Of a stretch of 43,515 nucleotides of DNA, positions 25,300-33,514 are shown one piece after another (the stretch's first letter is position 1; each line of letters begins with the position of its first letter). The DNA is from an archaeon (GTDB taxonomy: Archaea; Nanobdellota; Nanobdellia; Woesearchaeales; UBA9642). Position numbers and translations under genes: made by a program. The notes under the pieces are model-generated. The model worked only from the letters and a program-made list of their open reading frames with translations. It made no database searches and was not told the origin of the DNA. The stretch is from the NCBI GenBank assembly GCA_043806035.1, contig JAZDHK010000041.1:1-43515 (forward strand). The letters run 5' to 3'.

Positions 25300-26421
25300 A
25301 TGACCTGTCAATACTTCGAAAAATGCGGCGGCTGCACTGCCCAGCACATTCCCTATGAATTGCAGCTCGAGAATAAGCGAAAACTCGTCGAGCGCATCGT
25401 GCAGCACCCCGTCAACGTGTACTCTGCTGCTCCTTTCGGCTATCGCAACCGCATGGACTTCGTCTTCTCCAAAGACGGCCTCGCCTTGAGGAAGAAAGGA
25501 GACTGGAAGACACTCATTCCCGTTGCACACTGCCCTATCTCTAACGAAGGAGTGAATAGACTGCTCGGCGAGGTGCAGGACTGGTTTTCCAGAACAAAAC
25601 TCGACGTCTTCGACATCAGCAGCAAGCATGGAACGCTTCGCTACTGTGTCATCAGGCACACGAAGGACGACTCCTCTCTTGGATTCATCATCAACGCAGA
25701 CTCCACAAAAGTTAAAGAGGCAGTGGACGCCATAACCCTCTTCTCAAGTACAACATCGGCGGGCAACGTCATCATAGGCTATGTTCCTTCCGAAACGGAC
25801 GTCAGCAATACAGAAGACTATTTTGTGGTCAAGGGAAAAGAAGACATCATCGAAGAACTGCTCGGCAGAGCTTTCAGTTTCAACGTACAAGGCTTCTTCC
25901 AGAACAACACCACCATGGCTGAACGCATGGTACAATTCGTTAAAGAAACGCTTACCAAGGAACAGACGGCAAACGCAACCCTCCTTGATCTTTACGGCGG
26001 TGTAGGCTTGTTCGGCATCAGCCTCGCTGACAAATTCAGGCACGTGCATGTCGTGGAGAATTTTGCAGGCAGTATCGCTTCGGCGAAGAAGAACGCGGAA
26101 CTAAATCATGTCCAGATCAACGCTGTCGTCGGTGATGCAGCAAATGCGTACAAGCTGCCCCTTCGAAAGCCACTCTACGTCATCACCGACCCTCCACGCA
26201 GCGGCATGCATTCCAAAGCCATTGAACGCTTGCTCGCATTGCAGCCGAGCATGATTATCTACATTTCCTGCAATCCAGAACAATTAGGTAAGGAACTGCC
26301 AAAATTCCTCAAACACTATTCATTGGCAGATGCTGCAATGTTTGATCTCTTCCCGCAAACACTGCATGTAGAATGCATTGTTGTCCTCAAAGCAAACGTA
26401 GCAAACCCTCAAGTAGTATAG
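25300..26421 (+). CDS. rlmD: RlmD/TrmA-family RNA m5U methyltransferase (no TRAM domain)
   Basis: C.....CGGC Fe-S motif, GYRNRMDF, FFQNN, DLYGGVG, DPPRSG, YISCNP and DLFPQT.HVE. The RNA target cannot be read from the sequence. Confidence 0.85.
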   Translation: MTCQYFEKCGGCTAQHIPYELQLENKRKLVERIVQHPVNVYSAAPFGYRNRMDFVFSKDGLALRKKGDWKTLIPVAHCPISNEGVNRLLGEVQDWFSRTKLDVFDISSKHGTLRYCVIRHTKDDSSLGFIINADSTKVKEAVDAITLFSSTTSAGNVIIGYVPSETDVSNTEDYFVVKGKEDIIEELLGRAFSFNVQGFFQNNTTMAERMVQFVKETLTKEQTANATLLDLYGGVGLFGISLADKFRHVHVVENFAGSIASAKKNAELNHVQINAVVGDAANAYKLPLRKPLYVITDPPRSGMHSKAIERLLALQPSMIIYISCNPEQLGKELPKFLKHYSLADAAMFDLFPQTLHVECIVVLKANVANPQVV

Positions 26422-26734
26422 CTGCGCAAAGCGCAAGTGGCACGATGCTCGGCATCTCAAAGAGTAGCAGTACCAGATATGCCGCTGCAGGAAGCATGAT
26501 GATGATGCGTAGTACTGTGCGTCCAGCAGGCATGACCTCGCCATGCGCATACCTTTCTGATGCTAGCATGATGAGCAGGTACACCTCAAAAATGATGAGG
26601 ATGATGGCTGCAATCATCGTCAGATCGAATGGAAAGTCCATAGAATACAGGCCGAGCAACAACACGCCCAGAACTGCCCCTAACGCAAGAAAGAAGACAC
26701 CTGCGATCTTGTTGATGAAGGTCATGGTTCTCAA
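26387..26734 (-). CDS. Small 4-TM membrane protein (paralog 2)
   Basis: Hydrophobic helices; ATGA overlap with the upstream paralog. Confidence 0.6.
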   Translation of the reverse strand: MRTMTFINKIAGVFFLALGAVLGVLLLGLYSMDFPFDLTMIAAIILIIFEVYLLIMLASERYAHGEVMPAGRTVLRIIIMLPAAAYLVLLLFEMPSIVPLALCAAILLEGLLRLL

Positions 26735-27060
26735 TGCAGTGCATATACTCCTTCCGTGAACATCATGACCGCCATGATGAGCAGGATGGGCTGGGCTATG
26801 CCGGGAAAGAAACTCCTGAACAGGGCAAGAACTGCAGGAATGATGAAGACAACAGCAGTGATGATGTTTATCGTACGAATCCCCTGCTTGTGGATGCCGA
26901 GCATGATGATCGTGATGAACTGTAATGCAATCATCAGAATGGCCCCCACAACGACTTTGTCGAATGGCAACGTGAGAGAAAAGAGATTGAGCTCCTCAAG
27001 TGCGATGAGGATGCTGAATGGCAGCAATGAAATGCCCAATATCTTGCCAAGCATGCTCAT
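26731..27060 (-). CDS. Small 4-TM membrane protein (paralog 1)
   Basis: Four hydrophobic segments; shares KI.G, PFD, PA and C-terminal EG motifs with 26387-26734. Confidence 0.65.
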   Translation of the reverse strand: MSMLGKILGISLLPFSILIALEELNLFSLTLPFDKVVVGAILMIALQFITIIMLGIHKQGIRTINIITAVVFIIPAVLALFRSFFPGIAQPILLIMAVMMFTEGVYALH

Positions 27061-27130
27061 TCTTCACGAGGTGTCTATTTAAATATTGTGCAGCAATAAC
27101 TATAAAAACACACGACCACTTCTTCAGCAT

Positions 27131-28312
27131 ATGACGGTTCTTCCTTGGTTCAGGCAATATGCTCCAAAGACACTATCTGACGTCAAAGGCCAGGACGCCG
27201 CTCTCGACCAGCTCAAAAAATATGTGGCAAAAAAGCAGAAGAAAGCACTCCTGCTCTACGGGCCGACGGGAACAGGAAAGACGGCAGCAGTCTATGCGTT
27301 GGCTCGCGACCTCAACTTTGAGCTTATTGAAGTCAATGCATCTGACGTGAGGAACAAGGACGCCATCAACACCGTTCTCGGCGGTGCAGTTAAGCAGATG
27401 AGCCTGTTCAGCAAAGGAAAGATCATCCTCATCGACGAAATAGACGGCATCTCTGGCAATGACGATAGAGGGGGCATGCAGGCAATAACAGAACTCATCG
27501 CAGTGAGCACCTTTCCCATCATCATAACGGGCAATGACATTTTTGAGCAGAAATTCTCACAGCTCAGAAAGCACTGCATGCTTACCGAGTGCAAGCCATT
27601 GCCCGCTAGCACTATCGCACACCTCCTCAAGGACATCTGTGCGAAAGAACACATCACCTATGATGAGAACGTCCTCAACCAGCTTGCCCGGATGGCAGAA
27701 GGTGATGCCCGATCAGCCATCAACGACTTACAAGTGCTTGCATCTGACAAGAAACTACTCAAGGACGATCTTGATCTCATCGGCCAACGAACAAAGACGA
27801 CGAGCATGCAGCATGCCCTTGCCGCAATATTCAAAACTCGACAACCAGAAATCGTCAGGAGAGCATATGAGACTGTTGACCAGGATATCGATAAGGTTTT
27901 TTTGTGGGTGGATGAGAACTTGCCGAAGGAATACTCTGGACAAGGATTGGCAAGCGGTTTCGACATGCTCTCTCTCGCAGATGTCTTTTACGGCAGGATA
28001 CGGCATTGGCAATACTACCGGTTCTACGTGTACTGCTACGAGGCATTGAGCACAGGCATAGCTCTTGCCAAAGAGGAAAGGAATCCTGCATTCGTCACCT
28101 ATACGCCGACGACGAGACTGCTCAAGATATGGATGGCAAACCAAAAATATGCGAAGAGAAAGGCCATAGCGGCAAAGCTAGGCGCGCACACACACCAAAG
28201 CGGAAAAAAAGCACTCAGCTCCGTTCCTCTGCTACAAACGCTTGCACACCAAAAACAGTTCATTGAAGAACTCGAATTGAGCGAAGAAGAGCAATCCTGG
28301 CTCATCGTGTGA
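27131..28312 (+). CDS. rfcL: Replication factor C large subunit
   Basis: PW...Y.PK, GPTGTGKT, EVNASD.R, DEIDG, GDARSAINDLQ and WVDENLP.EY. Confidence 0.92.
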   Translation: MTVLPWFRQYAPKTLSDVKGQDAALDQLKKYVAKKQKKALLLYGPTGTGKTAAVYALARDLNFELIEVNASDVRNKDAINTVLGGAVKQMSLFSKGKIILIDEIDGISGNDDRGGMQAITELIAVSTFPIIITGNDIFEQKFSQLRKHCMLTECKPLPASTIAHLLKDICAKEHITYDENVLNQLARMAEGDARSAINDLQVLASDKKLLKDDLDLIGQRTKTTSMQHALAAIFKTRQPEIVRRAYETVDQDIDKVFLWVDENLPKEYSGQGLASGFDMLSLADVFYGRIRHWQYYRFYVYCYEALSTGIALAKEERNPAFVTYTPTTRLLKIWMANQKYAKRKAIAAKLGAHTHQSGKKALSSVPLLQTLAHQKQFIEELELSEEEQSWLIV

Positions 28313-28431
28313 TTCTCTTTTTGGGTTGTCTTTTTCTAGCAAAGCAGCACGGCCTGACTGATGATGTGCTTGTCAAATCCTGACAAAAACATTTAAATAA
28401 CCCCTGTCAACTCTCACTCGTGGTGAGAGTA

Positions 28432-28731
28432 ATGGCAGATACGTTCATGAACATCAGCGACCTGCAACCCAAGCAGGGCAACGCCAACGTCAAAGGCATC
28501 ATCACTGAGAAAGGTGACGTTAGAGAGTTTCAGAAGTTCGGCAAGCCAGGCAGGGTCTGCAATGCAAAACTCAAGGACGCTTCTGGAAATATCAGTCTCA
28601 CCCTGTGGAATGATGAAATAGACCAAGTGAATGTCGGCGACAAAATCAAGATACTGAACGGCTTCGTCAGCGAATGGCAAGGCCAAAAGCAACTTTCTGC
28701 AGGCAAGTTCGGAAATATAGAAAAAGAATAA
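28432..28731 (+). CDS. Single-OB-fold ssDNA-binding protein (SSB/RPA)
   Basis: GRVCNAKLKDASGNISLTLWNDEI...GD.IKI.NG.V..W.G..QL. A ggtga SD precedes ATG 28432. Confidence 0.88.
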   Translation: MADTFMNISDLQPKQGNANVKGIITEKGDVREFQKFGKPGRVCNAKLKDASGNISLTLWNDEIDQVNVGDKIKILNGFVSEWQGQKQLSAGKFGNIEKE

Positions 28732-28766
28732 AACTTAAAAAGCCACGGGTGTTTTTCTTTTTTTAC

Positions 28767-28872
28767 GGGTCAGTAGCTCAGACTGGGAGAGCACACGGCT
28801 GAAGCGTTGCGAAGCAAGAAGCTTTGCTTCCTCGAAACCGTGGTGTCCTGGGTTCAAATCCCAGCTGACCCA
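28767..28872 (+). tRNA. tRNA-Phe(GAA) with 32-nt intron at 37/38 (intron 28805-28836)
   Basis: Acceptor GGGTCAG/CTGACCC+A, D stem GCTC/GAGC, anticodon stem CACGG/CCGTG with loop CT-GAA-G|A, T arm CTGGG-TTCAAAT-CCCAG. 74 nt after splicing. Confidence 0.9.
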
Positions 28873-28901
28873 TGAACGTTCTCAACGACGGCTTTAAGCA
28901 A

Positions 28902-29753
28902 TCAATCGAAAATCCATTCGATGAAGCGCCCTTTCCAGTTTTCCCAGTTGTCTGGATACTGTCTCCTGTCCTGTTGGGACATGTCAGTCGTGGTTATGGT
29001 CAGCAAGTCTGCGGGCTCGATGTTGACAACAAAGGAGTGCAGATGTGTCTCCCCCGCATGCATTCGTTGCTCATACCACGTTGTACTTGCGAAGCATATT
29101 GCAGGGTCATCAACAAATTCTTTCAGCGGTAAGGGATTTGTATACATGCGCATCATCGTCACCTTTCTCCTCTTTACATACTTCCTCAACACGCTTTCTA
29201 ACAAAGTCTCTGTTTCGTTTCCCAATGATAACGAGTAGAGTTGCATGCGTCCTTCTGGTTTAAGATGTGTTTCTACGTCTCGCACGATAGCCTCGACGAG
29301 CAGCATGCCCGTCTCGCCACCACCGCTATGAAGCGTAGCTTTAACGCCAGGAGGAATGGGAACGAATGGCGGATTGGTTACGATGTAATCGAAATGCTCC
29401 CACCGTACTGGCTCGAAGAGATTTCCGCACCTGTACTCGATATTCTGCAATGCGTTCTGATCAGCATTTCGTTGTGCACAGGCTATCGCTCGCGGGTTGA
29501 TGTCCGTGCATATGACGCGTGATGCACTTCGTGCAGCATACAGTCCCAGTATGCCTGAGCCAGTACACAAATCCAAGACTACGTCCCCATCCTGAATGAG
29601 CGAATGATCAATCAAATAATGAACTCCACTTCCCACATATATTGGAAGTACGTTGTCTTCACGTTTATCGTCCTTTCTGTCTGTCTCGATATGCAATCCT
29701 CGATACCAAAACGTCTCTGCGGTGTCGCCTACCACTATACTCGGTTTATCCAT
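28902..29753 (-). CDS. HemK/PrmC-like class I N-methyltransferase with C-terminal extension
   Basis: VLDLCTGSG, TDINPRA, GNLFEP, TNPPF and GGETG motifs. Confidence 0.85.
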   Translation of the reverse strand: MDKPSIVVGDTAETFWYRGLHIETDRKDDKREDNVLPIYVGSGVHYLIDHSLIQDGDVVLDLCTGSGILGLYAARSASRVICTDINPRAIACAQRNADQNALQNIEYRCGNLFEPVRWEHFDYIVTNPPFVPIPPGVKATLHSGGGETGMLLVEAIVRDVETHLKPEGRMQLYSLSLGNETETLLESVLRKYVKRRKVTMMRMYTNPLPLKEFVDDPAICFASTTWYEQRMHAGETHLHSFVVNIEPADLLTITTTDMSQQDRRQYPDNWENWKGRFIEWIFD

Positions 29754-29758
29754 GGCTC

Positions 29759-30388
29759 TTACCAAAAGACCTTTTTGAATGAAAAAATGCCATAATTATT
29801 GCTTGCCCGGTCAGACTCATACTCTGGAAGGGGTCTTCCCAGTGTGAATCCTGAAGAAAGATACAGCTCCAGGATGGGGCTGCTAATCCTTCCCATCTGC
29901 ACGGAACGAATGTATTCATCAATGGACATCCCTGCAGCGTGCTGCTTGCCGAATCCCTTGACCCGTAACACTGATGCACGATACGCCAATGTATTTTCTC
30001 GAGCTAGTTCCAGACTATGTTGTACCAACGCTTTTCCTATGCCTCTTCCCTGATATTTGGTAGTAACTGCAGTTGACGTTACGTACAACGTGTTGAATTC
30101 TTGTGATGTCCGATATTGCTCAAACCATCGACAGTAATGAGGGTGACGATTCTTTTGAATCTCGTCTATTACGTTCTGCTCCTTAGACCAATCGAGGAGG
30201 ACAGGCACGCACGTGTAGAAACCAACGAGGTCACGATTCAACTCAGCGACTCTGATGCCAAATATCTCCATTCTGTTGGCAAGTATGTGGTGAGGCGCTT
30301 GAAGTTCAGGAGGGTAACTTCGCTTCTCTATTCTGAAAATTGCAGGCAAATCCTTCTCCTCTGCGCAGCGAATTTTAATATTTACCAT
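29759..30388 (-). CDS. GNAT-family N-acetyltransferase
   Basis: IRCAEEKDLPAIFRIE and AVTTKYQGRGIGKALV (acetyl-CoA binding motif). Confidence 0.85.
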   Translation of the reverse strand: MVNIKIRCAEEKDLPAIFRIEKRSYPPELQAPHHILANRMEIFGIRVAELNRDLVGFYTCVPVLLDWSKEQNVIDEIQKNRHPHYCRWFEQYRTSQEFNTLYVTSTAVTTKYQGRGIGKALVQHSLELARENTLAYRASVLRVKGFGKQHAAGMSIDEYIRSVQMGRISSPILELYLSSGFTLGRPLPEYESDRASNNYGIFSFKKVFW

Positions 30389-30418
30389 CAAATAGTAGTA
30401 TTTTATGTGCATAAAAGT

Positions 30419-30447
30419 TTTCACTCTCTATATATTGGAGAGTAAAA
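30419..30447. promoter_or_regulatory. Inverted repeat, putative TrmB operator in the divergent promoter
   Basis: tttcACTCTC-tatatattg-GAGAGTaaaa, with 9/10 arm symmetry, between the GNAT and TrmB start codons. Confidence 0.55.
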
Positions 30448-30483
30448 CGATAATTTTATATAGAATGCAATCAAGAAAATTTC

Positions 30484-31263
30484 ATGGATGAGAAACTGCT
30501 TTCAGCTATCGGCTTTACTGTAGGAGAGGCGAATGTCTACCTCTACCTGCTGCAGCAAGGAGTTTCTTCAGCGGGGACGCTTATCAAAAAGACAGGTCTG
30601 CAGAGTTCTACTATCTACCACATTACAGATTCGCTTATAGAAAAAGGTGCAATATCGTCTATAACAAAGAACGGACGAAAACAGTTCATTGCTGCAGATC
30701 CTGAAACATTAGCAACACTTCTTGAAAAAAAACGGCAGACGATAGAAGAGCAAAAACAAGTGTTGCAGCGACTCATCCCACAACTTAAAGCGCAAAATCT
30801 CTTGGCGAAACATCCAGAACAAGAGACATTCATATTTGAAGGGTGGAACGGTGTGCTCTCTGCGTTCAAAGATGCATATACTAAGATTGTGCCTGGAACA
30901 ACGCTCTATGCCTATACTATTACAAAAGAATTTGGTGGTGCAGATCCAAAGCAGGTGCGCTGGCTCATCAATAAACTACGAGAGATGCGGGCAGTGATGA
31001 ATAAGAAAACCAAGAGAAAAATTAGGATGCGAATTATCGCAGAGAAAGGGTCATCTATAGGCGAAGATCAGGCGAAAACGAGTTTCACCGAAGTGAAATT
31101 CATCGAAAAAAAATTTATCAACCCGGCAGTCATCAATATTTATGGGCAGGTCACAATCATTGCATTATGGCTCAAAAAACCTGTTGCCTTCTATATCGTC
31201 AGTAAGGAAGTGGCCGATTCGTTTAGAAACAACTTTCTCATGTTGTGGAAGTTGGTTAGCTGA
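30484..31263 (+). CDS. TrmB-family transcriptional regulator
   Basis: IGFTVGEANVYLYLL...IYHITDSLIEKG...F.AADPE.L, then a coiled coil and FEGW.G. Confidence 0.88.
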   Translation: MDEKLLSAIGFTVGEANVYLYLLQQGVSSAGTLIKKTGLQSSTIYHITDSLIEKGAISSITKNGRKQFIAADPETLATLLEKKRQTIEEQKQVLQRLIPQLKAQNLLAKHPEQETFIFEGWNGVLSAFKDAYTKIVPGTTLYAYTITKEFGGADPKQVRWLINKLREMRAVMNKKTKRKIRMRIIAEKGSSIGEDQAKTSFTEVKFIEKKFINPAVINIYGQVTIIALWLKKPVAFYIVSKEVADSFRNNFLMLWKLVS

Positions 31264-31291
31264 GCACAGGATAGTACGAAGCACACGTCTT

Positions 31292-33514
31292 TTATCCCAC
31301 AACAATCGTGCTCATGATTGTCCCCGCGACGAAGTTGAAGATCAAGGAGACGATGAGCGCAAGCACGGTGTAGAGAATGCTGGACATGATCATGTTCTGG
31401 CCAAGCATGTACTTCTCTGAGAGCGGATCAGCACCATTCTGGATGCCATTGATGAGAATAGTCAATAAATAGACGATCTGCACCACGTACAAGCCAACAA
31501 TGATTTGGAAATAGAACATCGGTACGCCATTGCCGAACATGCCCAGCAGGCTGGCGCCCGCAACGTTATCGGACTGCTGTGCGGTCAACAGTTTCATCTT
31601 CGTCGACAAATCGCCCAAAATGGTCGTGATCATTGATGTGATGCCCACAACGATGCCTGCAATGGCAGGAGTTAAAAAACTAATTTGGGATTTCATGCTG
31701 CTGATGATGTCTGCCATCAAGTCTTTTAAGCGTTCGTCCACGCGGTGCATTTCCTTGATGTACTGACTCACGTTAATGAGCGCCTGCGATGCCACTAACG
31801 GTCCTTTCCGTATAGATTCAGTGAGCACTTTCATGCTGCTCTCTATCAGGCTGCTGGGATAGCTCGTGAGGCTGCCGTGCTGCGGGTCAAAGATGGCCTG
31901 CTCGATATTATACCCCAAGGTGGTAATGTTATTGGACGTAAGTCTGAAGAAATCCCCAGAAACTGTTCCTTCCATGACCTTCGCCACTTTCGTCACGGCA
32001 ATCTCCACAGGCATGCCATCTCCCAGTCTGTTGCCGAGCTGAAAGAGCGCAGAGGCAAATTCTTCCTCGAGCCGTTTTGCATTCTCACGAATTTTGATGA
32101 CGTTCTGGCTACGCAGCTTAAAGTACAAGCCTATGCTGAGGCCTATGCTCAGCGGAACGAACATGCCCAGAATACCCGCACCCAGACCGAACGGACCTAT
32201 CTCCTGTTCTGTCGCATCATCCAACCGGTAGCCGAGAAAGTAGAACGTCGCTTTCGGATCAGTATACTCGGTAATAACCACTAATTCTCCATCCACCATG
32301 GCAAGATCATGCTTCGGATTTGCGGCATGGATGATGAGCGGACTGATGCCTATGGCGAACAGCACGAGAAAGACGATGATGCTGAAGAATAACGGATTGA
32401 TCCGCAACTCAATATCGCCAAGCTTGACGCCCACATTCCTGTACTTTTTCAGCTCTGGGTTGTCCTCGGAAATGTCCGACTCACCGTATCCCGTGGGTCG
32501 CGTGGAGAGGATGACCTTGGCAAGGTAGAACACGCCGATAGGCAAGAGGATGTTGTACAGTGTGAAGATATGATACCAGGCAACTCCCTCCATGAACGAG
32601 ACGAGCAAGGGCAGCACAACTAACCCGAGAATGGGGAGGATGATGCCCATCATATGCAGTGTCGTCAATGGACCCTTGAGGTTGTGCGCGTAGTGCAGCA
32701 TGCGCTCGTACGTCTCGTCGAGAATAACGCTTAAGCTCTTGTCCAGTGCATTGAGGCGCCTGCCTTCCTCTGGCTCGTACAGGGAACTCTCGATGAGGTG
32801 CATGCTTTCAATGAACTCCATGTTCCACTTCTTCCAGGAATCCAGATAGGTGTCGAGGCTCTCCTTGACGGAATCGAACTTCTCTGTCTCCACATTCCAC
32901 AGCACTTTTTTCATGTCCAGACTCATGGGCGGGGCGAGATGCTCTGCGGCAAAACCAATAGCGTTTTCTAGATTTGAGGAATGTCGCATGTACGTGACCA
33001 CGTAAAAGACGCAGAGCACCATCTGGTTGCTTGCTTTCATCCGCCAATTGTTAGCGAGAAAGTACGCCATCTTGGAGAGCGGCATGATCATGATGAGCCC
33101 CACCAAAACGCCAAAGCCGACGAAGAACATGCTGCTGAACTCACCTTGCGTCAAAACGTAGGGGATGGCATAGCCGAAGAGCACGCTCAGCATGATGAAC
33201 AGTGTCGGGAAGAGGATGGCGAAGCTTTTCACACCCGTGGGCGTGATGTTGAGATGGCAAATACCTATAGCTTCCTCCAGCTCGGGAAGTTCTTTCTTGT
33301 CCGGCTGGATGGGCATGATCTTCTCGGCGATATTGCACCATTTTTCGTAGAGGGAATGATGCAGCGGTGCATAGGTCTTCCTGAACTCCTCATATTCTCT
33401 GGATATTGCCTCGTCTTCGTGCGTCTTGCCCAGTTCCTGCTCGAGCTTCTTTTTTACACGTGCCTTGAATGCCTTGATGCTGGCATCCTCTACTTTGCGT
33501 TCTTTTTCAGCCAT
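31292..33514 (-). CDS. Type IV pilus/T2SS membrane platform protein (TadB/TadC-, ArlJ-like)
   Basis: Polytopic 740-aa protein with two cytoplasmic domains (e.g. EFASALFQLGNRLGDGMPVE). Overlaps the upstream secretion ATPase. Confidence 0.75.
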   Translation of the reverse strand: MAEKERKVEDASIKAFKARVKKKLEQELGKTHEDEAISREYEEFRKTYAPLHHSLYEKWCNIAEKIMPIQPDKKELPELEEAIGICHLNITPTGVKSFAILFPTLFIMLSVLFGYAIPYVLTQGEFSSMFFVGFGVLVGLIMIMPLSKMAYFLANNWRMKASNQMVLCVFYVVTYMRHSSNLENAIGFAAEHLAPPMSLDMKKVLWNVETEKFDSVKESLDTYLDSWKKWNMEFIESMHLIESSLYEPEEGRRLNALDKSLSVILDETYERMLHYAHNLKGPLTTLHMMGIILPILGLVVLPLLVSFMEGVAWYHIFTLYNILLPIGVFYLAKVILSTRPTGYGESDISEDNPELKKYRNVGVKLGDIELRINPLFFSIIVFLVLFAIGISPLIIHAANPKHDLAMVDGELVVITEYTDPKATFYFLGYRLDDATEQEIGPFGLGAGILGMFVPLSIGLSIGLYFKLRSQNVIKIRENAKRLEEEFASALFQLGNRLGDGMPVEIAVTKVAKVMEGTVSGDFFRLTSNNITTLGYNIEQAIFDPQHGSLTSYPSSLIESSMKVLTESIRKGPLVASQALINVSQYIKEMHRVDERLKDLMADIISSMKSQISFLTPAIAGIVVGITSMITTILGDLSTKMKLLTAQQSDNVAGASLLGMFGNGVPMFYFQIIVGLYVVQIVYLLTILINGIQNGADPLSEKYMLGQNMIMSSILYTVLALIVSLIFNFVAGTIMSTIVVG

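Noticed and set aside
31258-31268. Possible attR of tRNA-Phe after the TrmB gene (agctga)
   Set aside because: Only a 6-nt match to the tRNA 3' end, which is chance level.
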